From assembly GCA_043816965.1 (NCBI GenBank), contig JBDRHK010000092.1, positions 1 through 24,109 of the forward strand: a stretch of DNA of 24,109 nucleotides. The letters are read 5' to 3'. Under the pieces are notes generated by a model. The model saw only the letters and a list, made by a program, of their open reading frames with translations. It was not told the origin of the DNA and did not search any database. Numbering within the stretch: the stretch's first letter is position 1; each line of letters starts with the position of its first letter. Positions 1 to 7,547 of the stretch are shown here, one piece after another. This DNA comes from Candidatus Iainarchaeum sp. (GTDB taxonomy: Archaea > Iainarchaeota > Iainarchaeia > Iainarchaeales > JAFCCJ01). A program made the position numbers and the translations under genes.

Positions 1-398
1 TTCTCAAGAAACTGCCAGGGAACAATATTGGCGTGGTGCTCCATTGCGCTGATAAGAATTTCATCCCCTGAAGAGAAGTATTTCTGATTGTAAAGGCCGT
101 ACATCAAAAGGTTAAAGGATTCAGTTGCATTGCGGGTGAAAATAATCTCATCATGCTTTGCGTTTATGAATTTTCCAACCTTCCTGTGCGCCATCTCATA
201 TTTCTCAGATGCCTCCTGCGACATTTTATGCACCCCGCGGTGGATGTTTGCTGTGTAGCGGGAGTAGTAATCAACCAAGGCATCAAGAACTGCCTCAGGC
301 TTAAGCGAGGTTGCGGCATTATCGAAGTAAATAATCTGTTTCCCGCTGTCTTTCCTTTTGAGGAGGGGAAAATCCTTCCTGATTTGTTCCACATTCAT
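1..398 (-). CDS. sufS: SufS-family cysteine desulfurase (class V PLP enzyme), N-terminal part; runs off the window's left edge
   Basis: Not in the ORF track. Manual translation from ATG at 398: MNVEQIRKDFPLLKRKDSGKQIIYFDNAATSLKP...ANIHRGVH...IIFTRNATESFN...MEHHANIVPWQ. These are the YxDNAAT, NIHRG, FTRNATE and EHHAN motifs. Confidence 0.95.
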   Translation of the reverse strand, partial: MNVEQIRKDFPLLKRKDSGKQIIYFDNAATSLKPEAVLDALVDYYSRYTANIHRGVHKMSQEASEKYEMAHRKVGKFINAKHDEIIFTRNATESFNLLMYGLYNQKYFSSGDEILISAMEHHANIVPWQFLE

Positions 399-403
399 AT
401 TTA

Positions 404-886
404 TCAGCCCGTGCATTTCGGTTCAAGGCAATTGCACAAATCCTCAGAGCCGCTGCAGGAATATATCTGGCTTTGTGTGCATTCGTCTATAGGGAATGTG
501 CAGCTGCAGTCAAGAACTACTGGCCTGTTCTCAACCATCTGCCCCTCAGTAAAAACGCAGTTTTGGGGGTTGTCAAGATCACAGGTTCCGTAAATATAGA
601 GATTGTAAAGTGCGACCGCACTGTAGATGAGGGATGCAAACATAAGGATGGTGAAAGCCCAGGAAATTATCTCAAAATACCTGTAGAGGAACCTGCTCAG
701 TTTGGGGTTTGTATTGATGAATCTCCCGCTGATTTTCATCCTCATTTTGTTGTCAAAGCCTGTTGTGCACTTCCTAAGCGTTAAGCGTTTGAAAACACAG
801 TCAAATGCCTCTCTTGCCAATGCCCTGTGCGAGGCACTGAATATGCTCAAAATCCCCAGAACAATCAAAGCAATCAGGCAAATCAT
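404..886 (-). CDS. Hypothetical membrane protein with two hydrophobic segments and a Cys-rich C-terminal tail
   Basis: ATG at 886 (MICLIALIVLGILSIFSASHR); alternative TTG at 895. Second TM segment IISWAFTILMFASLIYSAVALYNLYIYG. Ends 5 nt before the sufS start. Confidence 0.8.
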   Translation of the reverse strand: MICLIALIVLGILSIFSASHRALAREAFDCVFKRLTLRKCTTGFDNKMRMKISGRFINTNPKLSRFLYRYFEIISWAFTILMFASLIYSAVALYNLYIYGTCDLDNPQNCVFTEGQMVENRPVVLDCSCTFPIDECTQSQIYSCSGSEDLCNCLEPKCTG

Positions 887-978
887 CAAAATCAACTCTT
901 TAATCCATCTTCCAAAAACAATTTAAACCATTCCAGAACCATTTTCGTCAGAATCTGCAGAATACAACTGAATTCCCT

Positions 979-1006
979 TTAATTAATATTAATTAATATT
1001 AATTAA
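979..1006. promoter_or_regulatory. Perfect 28-bp AT-only palindrome in a divergent intergenic region; candidate operator
   Basis: TTAATTAATATTAATTAATATTAATTAA equals its own reverse complement and contains tandem AATTAATATT units. It directly abuts TATA-like TTATTAA at 1008-1014. Confidence 0.5.
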
Positions 1007-1092
1007 CTTATTAATATATTAAAGAAGTATAGATATGGCAAGTTACAAAAAGATATTGATACTGTTAGGGAAATTCATAACTGAGTGATTTT

Positions 1093-1752
1093 ATGAAACT
1101 CGACCTTCACCTGCATTCAATGCATTCCCACGATGCCCTTACAAAGCCATCCTCGATTGTGAGTGAGGCAAAGAAGAAGGGAATAGTTCCTGCCTTAACA
1201 GACCACAACAGCTGCAAGGGCTGGGACGAACTTTTGCACTGGGCAAAGGAGGATGATGTTGAGGTAATTCTCGGCGAGGAAATTTCCTGCTACAACAAGG
1301 GAAGGTTCTGCGGGGAATTAATAGGCCTGTTTATGAAGCATTGGGTTGCCCCGGGGGAATATTGGGAAGTGGTGGAAGAAATCAAGAAGCAGGGCGCGCT
1401 CCTGATGGTGCCCCACCCTTTCGACATTTTGCGGAGCCGCTTCTCCCTGCTTGAGGAAATCCTTCCCGAGGTTAACCTGTTTGAGGTTTACAATTCCCGC
1501 ACTTACTTTAACCATTTCAACAATAAGGCGCTGAAATTTGCAAAGGAAAATGATTTGCCAATGGTTGCAGGGAGCGATGCCCACACCCCGGAGGAAATTG
1601 GGAATGCCTTTGTTGAAGTTGAGGCAGACAGTTTGGAAGGGGCAAGACACCAAATCATTGCAGGCCATACAAAAATTTTCGGCGAGAAGGCCTCTCTCGC
1701 AGACCATTTCCAGACACAGTTAGCAAAATACAAAATCGCAAAACCAAGGTGA
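1093..1752 (+). CDS. PHP-domain metal-dependent phosphoesterase
   Basis: PHP metal-binding motifs DLHLHS, LTDHN, GEEI, VPHPF and GSDAH. Confidence 0.92.
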   Translation: MKLDLHLHSMHSHDALTKPSSIVSEAKKKGIVPALTDHNSCKGWDELLHWAKEDDVEVILGEEISCYNKGRFCGELIGLFMKHWVAPGEYWEVVEEIKKQGALLMVPHPFDILRSRFSLLEEILPEVNLFEVYNSRTYFNHFNNKALKFAKENDLPMVAGSDAHTPEEIGNAFVEVEADSLEGARHQIIAGHTKIFGEKASLADHFQTQLAKYKIAKPR

Positions 1753-1756
1753 AAAA

Positions 1757-2395
1757 ATGCTTTCGAAATTCATCCCAACAGAAATGAGGAAAAACCTAGC
1801 GAAAAAAATAGTTTCCCTTTTCGCCTGGACAGGGGTAACACCTAATATGCTCACCCTTCTCGCAATCCCGCTTGCGATTATTGCCGCATATTTTATTGCG
1901 GCAGGCCAATTTACTTTTGCCTTAATTTTCATTTTCCTTTCGGTTTTCATTGATGCTCTTGATGGTTCTCTTGCAGAACTGACCAACAAAAAAACGCCTT
2001 TTGGAAATTACCTTGACGCAATGACTGACAAAATTGTTGAATCAATTATTTATATCGGATTTGCATTCATACAACCTATTGCCGCAATCCTCGCCCTGAG
2101 CGGAACCATGCTCATAGCCTATGCAAAGCCCCGTGCCGCACTGGTTGTAGAAACCGATAACAGGGACTGGCCCGCAATTGGTGAAAGGGGGGACCGCTTA
2201 ATTGTGCTCATTGTGGGAATGCTAGTTGCAGTTTTCGTCCCAGAAATTTACGGATTTTCAACAATCCTAATCACCCTTGCGCTTGTTGCGGCAATTACCT
2301 GGATTGGCGCAGTGCAACGTCTGCTTTACGGGAAAGCACTGATTGAGGAAGGGGAAAAGAAGGGGAAAATCCTGAATTATTTGAAAAAGAAGTGA
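1757..2395 (+). CDS. CDP-alcohol phosphatidyltransferase family (PgsA/archaetidylinositol-phosphate synthase-like)
   Basis: TPNMLT plus DALDGSLAE-x7-GNYLDAMTD, the CDP-alcohol signature with Arg replaced by Glu. Multiple TM helices; GGTGA ribosome site overlaps the PHP stop. Confidence 0.92.
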   Translation: MLSKFIPTEMRKNLAKKIVSLFAWTGVTPNMLTLLAIPLAIIAAYFIAAGQFTFALIFIFLSVFIDALDGSLAELTNKKTPFGNYLDAMTDKIVESIIYIGFAFIQPIAAILALSGTMLIAYAKPRAALVVETDNRDWPAIGERGDRLIVLIVGMLVAVFVPEIYGFSTILITLALVAAITWIGAVQRLLYGKALIEEGEKKGKILNYLKKK

Positions 2396-2427
2396 ATTTT
2401 TATTAATTTCCCCTCCTTTTTTGGATT

Positions 2428-3018
2428 ATGAAGAAAGCTATTAAACCCTTTAAAGAAAGGAGAGCTCGAAGATATAATTCTCATTCCAAAGGCGAATTAA
2501 AGAGAAATATAGTAAACCATCTTGTTACGGAGCAGAGATCTTTTATAATAACGGGAAACCCTTTTGAGATAAAGGAAATACCCATATCTGATATTTGTAC
2601 TCATTTCAGTTTAACTCCGAATAGTCTGGGGACCCTTATGGGGGAAGTAGGCGAGAAAATCGAAATTGAAGGAAGAATTCCGCAAGAAGGAGGAATTGAG
2701 AAAAAAATAGTAAATCTTGCAATGCTCTATGGATCAAATAAAGGAAGAGCAGAGGTTTCAAGATCTATCGTAACAAGGGCGTATGATGAATTGAAGTTCG
2801 AAGGAAATACGAGAATTACTTCAGACATGATTTACGAAAGGATAAATAAAAAATCAACCATTAAACTTCAACCGAGAACAGTTAGGAAATATACTGTGGA
2901 ACTGAAGGAATCTGGCGCAGAAGGACTTGTTGAAAGGCCTAGCAAAAAAGAAGGGCAAAAACCCGAGAAGCCCCCTCGCCCTAGAAATATCAGGCCTCGG
3001 AGATACCCTAGTTCTTAG
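2428..3018 (+). CDS. Orphan basic protein with possible HTH segments
   Basis: 196-aa ORF with TTTTATTAA 21 nt upstream. K/R-rich termini; HTH-like stretches PISDICTHFSLTPNSLGTLM and TSDMIYERINKKSTIKLQPRTVRKY. Confidence 0.7.
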   Translation: MKKAIKPFKERRARRYNSHSKGELKRNIVNHLVTEQRSFIITGNPFEIKEIPISDICTHFSLTPNSLGTLMGEVGEKIEIEGRIPQEGGIEKKIVNLAMLYGSNKGRAEVSRSIVTRAYDELKFEGNTRITSDMIYERINKKSTIKLQPRTVRKYTVELKESGAEGLVERPSKKEGQKPEKPPRPRNIRPRRYPSS

Positions 3019-3083
3019 AAAAAGAACCGAAATCTGCGAAAGCTTTTTATATATCCTAATTTATTCTACTTTCGTGACTCCCA

Positions 3084-3293
3084 ATGCCTTCACTTAAATT
3101 CAGGGACAAGCTTAAGGTACTTTCGTTCATCGAAAACGGGAAACCCCTGGATAAAAAGGAAATCTGCGAAAAAACCAATTACTCCTCGCAGCAGCTTAAG
3201 AAAATCCTCGGCTATTTATGCGATTCCGGGGTTTTGAAACTGGATGGGAATACTTGTTTTCTAATGGTGCAGAAGCTTAATTGCGCAAATTAA
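3084..3293 (+). CDS. Small winged-helix DNA-binding protein
   Basis: Pattern KVLSFI..GKPLDKKEICEKTNYSSQQLKKILGYLCDSGVLK resembles a wHTH. TTTATATA box and GTGA lie upstream. Confidence 0.65.
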   Translation: MPSLKFRDKLKVLSFIENGKPLDKKEICEKTNYSSQQLKKILGYLCDSGVLKLDGNTCFLMVQKLNCAN

Positions 3294-4012
3294 GATTTCT
3301 TATAACCTCTCCTTTCCTGAGGTAATCTTCCGGCTTTTTTCAGGGCAGTAACTCTTTTTCTCAATTGCCACATAGTAATCTTGAGATGCGTAGCAAGCTC
3401 CTCATCGCGCATTTGCGGATGTTCTTTTCTCAATCTGATAATTTCAGTATCTGTTTGAGCAAACCTCAACTTCCACATAGGAATTTCCAATTTTTCAGCA
3501 AGCTCCTCATCTCGCATTTTCGGATGTTTTCTTTTCAATTTGATAAATTCGGCATATGTTTGGGCAAATTCTGCCTCTCTGGCTGCAGCTTTTGCAGCTG
3601 CCTGATGGTATTCTCTTGGCCTTTCAAATTTTACGCCCTCTTTTGCCAATGCTTCTAAAACTTTCGGCATTACATTTCTGCTAGGGGTAATTTCTTCATG
3701 TTGGGCATGAATTCTTTCACTCACGTCCTTTACAGTAACCGCCTGCTTATTTTTAGCCATTTCCTCAACAAAAGGCCTTGCAAGGAATTTCAATACTTGA
3801 AACTGGATTCTCAGTAACTCTATTTTTGTAATCCTTGCCCCTCTGTGCCTCAGGACGGTGTCAAGTGAGACTCCCTCTGCCTTGGCGATTTCAGTCAGGG
3901 GGATGTTGGAATCTTCCGCAAATTTACGAATATTTGCTAGGGTCTTCTCCTCAACTGTCTGGACAAACCTTCCAGTAGCCTTATCTTTTTTAACCCTTTT
4001 TCGGCCTTTCAT
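3290..4012 (-). CDS. Orphan multi-HTH protein with an internal 35-aa tandem duplication
   Basis: HTH-like IPLTEIAKAEGVSLDTVLRH and two copies of HPxMRDEELAxxLxIxMWxLR. TTTTATTAA 21 nt upstream; the stop overlaps the convergent gene's stop (TTAA). Confidence 0.75.
   Translation of the reverse strand: MKGRKRVKKDKATGRFVQTVEEKTLANIRKFAEDSNIPLTEIAKAEGVSLDTVLRHRGARITKIELLRIQFQVLKFLARPFVEEMAKNKQAVTVKDVSERIHAQHEEITPSRNVMPKVLEALAKEGVKFERPREYHQAAAKAAAREAEFAQTYAEFIKLKRKHPKMRDEELAEKLEIPMWKLRFAQTDTEIIRLRKEHPQMRDEELATHLKITMWQLRKRVTALKKAGRLPQERRGYKKS
3359..3568 (-). repeat. Two tandem 105-bp (35-codon) intragenic repeat units
   Basis: agcaagctcctcatc starts at both 3392 and 3497 (period 105). Units read FAQTYAEFIKLKRKHPKMRDEELAEKLEIPMWKLR and FAQTDTEIIRLRKEHPQMRDEELATHLKITMWQLR. 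Confidence 0.9.
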
Positions 4013-4057
4013 AAAAGAAGTATTGCGCCGGAATTAATAAAACTAATATGTTAGGAA

Positions 4058-5203
4058 TTATTTGGCGAATTTTTCTTTCAAATTTTGAAGAACTTTTGAA
4101 TAAAACCCATCAGGAATTATTTTCCCATCTTTTGGCGGGCAGAGGCAGTTGAAAGTTCCCTGCCTTTTGAAGTTCTCACTTCTTTTCCAAATTTCAGAAA
4201 TCCTTTCTTTTCTCACATCCCCCTCTTTTTTTGTGAAACCAGGGCAACCAACAACAGCCCCCTTGCTTGTAACATAAAGTCCGCACGCAATTTGGTTGCA
4301 AGGATGAATTCCTGGAAGAACTGAAACCCCTCCATTTTCAATTTGTTCCAATGTTTGGATTCCGTGGTCAATATTGTATGAATAAATTTTTGTGTAAAGG
4401 TCAATTTTTTCCTGCGCAGAAACATCTGTTTTCTTGATGAAGTCATTATCTATTTGCTTCCCACTCGTCATAAGCACAGCAGTAACCGGATAGATATTTC
4501 TTTCGCGGGCGTAAACATATATATCAAAAAACTCATCGTAATTTTCTTTTGTTATCGGATTTGAGCAAAGAGCTAACCTAGTTGGATTTGAATCATTAAA
4601 TCCTGCCTTTACCAAATTCTCAAGAGCTTTATTCCTTGTCAGAGTATGCCCCTTCATTCCACCGACCATTTTATCCTGGAGTTCAGTGTTAAATGACTGG
4701 AAGGCGAGCATTACGCTAACTTTATACTTTTTCAATTCCTTGCACAACTCGAGTGCTGAATTGATTCCATATTCAGAGTAAAATCTTTTTGTTTCCTTAT
4801 CGCTCCCCAAAACCTGGCCTTTTGTAAAAACCGCAACACCAACATCCCTCTCCGTCATGTCCCGAACAAACCTGAGAAAGTACTTGTTCTGTGTTGGCTC
4901 CCCTGCACCGCAGATTTTTACGCTTATCAAACCCAACTTTCTTGCGTCATCAATAACCGAAACCAGCTCGTCATAACTTAAATCCACTCCCCTGCAAAAA
5001 TCATCCAGCACACTGCTCTTCCTGAAGCAGTATGGGCAGTTGAGGGAACAGTATCTTCCAAAATCTATGTCCAGCATCAGTAATTTTCCCTTGTTTTTTT
5101 CAATCTCTTCCCTTGAGAAAAAGCCCCAGTTAGGAAAACTGTTGCTGAAATCTTTCGGAAATTTCCCGGTGAACTTTTTTGGAATTTCAGGAATTATTTT
5201 CAT
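4058..5203 (-). CDS. Radical SAM protein with C-terminal SPASM/twitch-like auxiliary Fe-S domain
   Basis: CSLNCPYC (CxxxCxxC), GAGEP, and C-terminal CNQIACGLYVTSKGAVVGCPG...GDVRKERISEIW...CLCP. Start moved to ATG 5203, which has GGTGA 5 nt upstream and removes the overlap with the CsaA-like gene. Confidence 0.9.
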   Translation of the reverse strand: MKIIPEIPKKFTGKFPKDFSNSFPNWGFFSREEIEKNKGKLLMLDIDFGRYCSLNCPYCFRKSSVLDDFCRGVDLSYDELVSVIDDARKLGLISVKICGAGEPTQNKYFLRFVRDMTERDVGVAVFTKGQVLGSDKETKRFYSEYGINSALELCKELKKYKVSVMLAFQSFNTELQDKMVGGMKGHTLTRNKALENLVKAGFNDSNPTRLALCSNPITKENYDEFFDIYVYARERNIYPVTAVLMTSGKQIDNDFIKKTDVSAQEKIDLYTKIYSYNIDHGIQTLEQIENGGVSVLPGIHPCNQIACGLYVTSKGAVVGCPGFTKKEGDVRKERISEIWKRSENFKRQGTFNCLCPPKDGKIIPDGFYSKVLQNLKEKFAK

Positions 5204-5216
5204 GCAATCACCAATA

Positions 5217-5552
5217 TCAAAAGATTTCTGCGCCAGGCTTGGAATCTTTTTCGGTTTTGAGAAGGTTTGGTTTTCCATTCCCATCCTTTGCGGCAAGAAT
5301 AAGGCATTCAGAAATATGCTTTCCAATCTGCTTTGGCACGATATTTGTGATTCCAATAACCTTGAGCCCGATTAACTCCTCAGGCCTCTTTATTCCCTTA
5401 AGCCCGGCAGCACTTTTGAGGGTCAGATCTCCAAAGTTAACCGTAACCAGGTACAAATTCTTTTTTGCCTCTGGAAATTCTTTTACCTGGATTATCTCCC
5501 CCACTCTTATGTCCAGGGAGCAGAATAGGTCTGCATTTATTTTCTGCTTCAT
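5217..5552 (-). CDS. CsaA-like tRNA-binding OB-fold protein/chaperone
   Basis: LDIRVGEI..FPEAKK.LY...VNFG...KSAAGL...PKQIGKHISECLIL...PGAEIF matches the CsaA/Trbp fold, on the CsaA-like side. Confidence 0.88.
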   Translation of the reverse strand: MKQKINADLFCSLDIRVGEIIQVKEFPEAKKNLYLVTVNFGDLTLKSAAGLKGIKRPEELIGLKVIGITNIVPKQIGKHISECLILAAKDGNGKPNLLKTEKDSKPGAEIF

Positions 5553-5645
5553 AAAACAACTTATTTTTACAGATTTATAGTATTTTCTGTTAATTTTTCT
5601 AATTTTTCAGTAAAATTTATATATTATTTCATGAATTATTAAATT

Positions 5646-6620
5646 ATGGAACTAGAACGCTTGGACAGGCAAATTTTATTCGAACTGGACTTTGATTCCA
5701 GGCAGACCAATAAGGAGATTGCGAAGAAATGCAGGATTTCTGAGCAGGTCGTTGCCTACAGGGTTAACCGGATGATTCAGAACGGCACAATAGAATACTT
5801 CTATGCTCTTGTAAACGGGGCAAAACTTGGTTTAATGTGTTTTAGAATTTATTTGCGCCTGCAGAGCCTAAGCCCTGAAATTGAATCACAAATAAGGCAA
5901 TCGATTTTGAAAAATTCTTACACTATCTGGCTTGTTTCTGTGAGAGGCAAATATGATATGCTGTTTGCCATGTATGCCAAAAGCATTGAGCAATTTTCAG
6001 ATCTTTTCAATTCAATAACAAAAGATTTTGACCAGTATATTTCAAACAAGAATATTTGCGTTGTCGAGGAGGCCCAGGCATTTGGGAGGAATCATCTGGT
6101 TGGAAAAAAATCCGAAAAGGAAATAAGTCTGATTTATGGGGGCTCGCCAAAAGAGCATCCCTTGGATTCACTGGATTTTACGCTTCTTTCGAACCTAAGT
6201 AAAGGTGGGAGAATTCCAACAACAGAGCTTGCGAAAGTAACTGGCATAAATGGCGAAACAATCAGGTACAGGCTGAAGAAACTTGTCAAGGCAGGGGTTG
6301 TTCTTGGGTTTCGTGCCTTGCCGGATTTGAAAAAAGTTGGCTATTTAAAATATGTAATTTCATTAAGGCTTTTCTCTGCAACCGCTAAAAGAAAAAGGGA
6401 ACTTGCAGGTTTCTGCCGTGAGCACCCAAATGTGTTGTTCCTCGTGAAATGCATAGGCGATCATGAAATAGATCTGGAAATAGAGGTGGAAAAGGAATCT
6501 GATTTCGATTCCCTGCTTAATGGCTTGAAAAAGAACTTCAATGACATTATCCGCGATTATGAAATCCTCTCAATTTCCGGCGAGCACAAGTTCAACTATT
6601 TTGATCTTAAGAGTTTGTGA
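5646..6620 (+). CDS. Tandem (double) Lrp/AsnC-family transcriptional regulator
   Basis: Two HTH+RAM units: LDRQILFELDFDSRQTNKEIAKK and LDFTLLSNLSKGGRIPTTELAKV, each followed by a GxY/HD/E RAM motif. TTTATATA at 5616-5623 suggests a leaderless start. Confidence 0.92.
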   Translation: MELERLDRQILFELDFDSRQTNKEIAKKCRISEQVVAYRVNRMIQNGTIEYFYALVNGAKLGLMCFRIYLRLQSLSPEIESQIRQSILKNSYTIWLVSVRGKYDMLFAMYAKSIEQFSDLFNSITKDFDQYISNKNICVVEEAQAFGRNHLVGKKSEKEISLIYGGSPKEHPLDSLDFTLLSNLSKGGRIPTTELAKVTGINGETIRYRLKKLVKAGVVLGFRALPDLKKVGYLKYVISLRLFSATAKRKRELAGFCREHPNVLFLVKCIGDHEIDLEIEVEKESDFDSLLNGLKKNFNDIIRDYEILSISGEHKFNYFDLKSL

Positions 6621-6634
6621 TTACGGTTTTATTC

Positions 6635-7543
6635 TCATCCTCGCAATCCCAAAGCCTGAATAACAGGATCAATCTGCTTTTCGCTTTCCTCAGTTATATC
6701 GACAAGCGGCAATCTAGGAGTCCCTACAGGAATTCCGATTTTTTTCAGGATGTAATGTGTTGGGCAGGGATTGGTTTCGATGAAAATTGCCTTGTACAAA
6801 TCCCTTAATTCCCCATCTACCTTTTCAGCCTCTTCCATATTCCCCTCAAGTGCGAGGTTGAAAACTGCGGAGGTCCTTTTTGGGTCGGAATTTGCGGCAA
6901 CTGAAATCCCCCCAGTTCCTCCTGCTTTCATTATTTCCAGATTTAAGCCATCGTCCCCGCTAACAACTGTGAAATCCAAATCAGTTGTTTGGTCTATTAT
7001 GCTTTTTATCTGCTCCATATTCCCGCTTGCTTCCTTGATTGCAATTATATTTGAAAATTCCTTCGCAAGCCTGACAGTAGTTTCTGCCTCAATATTTTTT
7101 CCCGTCCTCCCGGGAACATTGTAAACAATAATCTCATCATCCATTGCATTTGCAATTGCCGCATAATGCTGGTACAAACCCTCCTGAGTTGGCTTGTTCT
7201 GATATGGAGAAATCTGCAAATGTGTTGTAATTCCAACATCGCTGATTTTTTTCGCCAAAGAAATTGCCTCGCGGGTGCAGTTGCTTCCGTCCCCGGCAAT
7301 TACAGGAATCTTTTCAGGGGCATTTTCCCTTGCAAATTTGATTAGCTCAATCTGTTCATCCGTTGTCAAAACGCAAGCATGCCCTGTGCAGCCGCTGGGA
7401 ACAATTCCTGTTACCCCTCCTGCAAGAACATAATCAATCAACTGCTTGAATGCATCATAATTAATCGCGTGGTTTAATCTGTCTCCATCTTCTCTCATTG
7501 GTGTTACCAATGCAGGAAAACACCCTTTCAGTTTTTTTGCCAT
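6635..7543 (-). CDS. dapA: 4-hydroxy-tetrahydrodipicolinate synthase (variant active site)
   Basis: PALVTP, GCTG, YNVPGRTG, IKEASG (Schiff-base Lys), SGDD, ETNP, RLPL. Directly downstream of dapB; start set at ATG 7543 behind GGAGTGA. Confidence 0.9.
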   Translation of the reverse strand: MAKKLKGCFPALVTPMREDGDRLNHAINYDAFKQLIDYVLAGGVTGIVPSGCTGHACVLTTDEQIELIKFARENAPEKIPVIAGDGSNCTREAISLAKKISDVGITTHLQISPYQNKPTQEGLYQHYAAIANAMDDEIIVYNVPGRTGKNIEAETTVRLAKEFSNIIAIKEASGNMEQIKSIIDQTTDLDFTVVSGDDGLNLEIMKAGGTGGISVAANSDPKRTSAVFNLALEGNMEEAEKVDGELRDLYKAIFIETNPCPTHYILKKIGIPVGTPRLPLVDITEESEKQIDPVIQALGLRG

Positions 7544-7547
7544 AATA

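Noticed and set aside
3029..3171. 13-bp direct repeat GAAATCTGCGAAA at 3029 and 3159
   Set aside because: There are only two copies, one inside a coding region, with no element bounded by them; probably chance.
3084..3293. Small ORF as RiPP precursor for the SPASM enzyme
   Set aside because: It reads as a folded wHTH, lies on the opposite strand and has its own promoter.
3359..3568. Repeat considered as a CRISPR or DGR template/variable pair
   Set aside because: It is an in-frame coding duplication without spacers, mismatches are not adenine-specific, and there is no cas or reverse transcriptase gene in the window.
5204..5356. N-terminal extension of the radical SAM ORF in the track (start 5356)
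   Set aside because: It overlaps the CsaA-like gene in another frame, and ATG 5203 has a GGTGA site. It is not a fusion, and I saw no slippery site supporting a frameshift.
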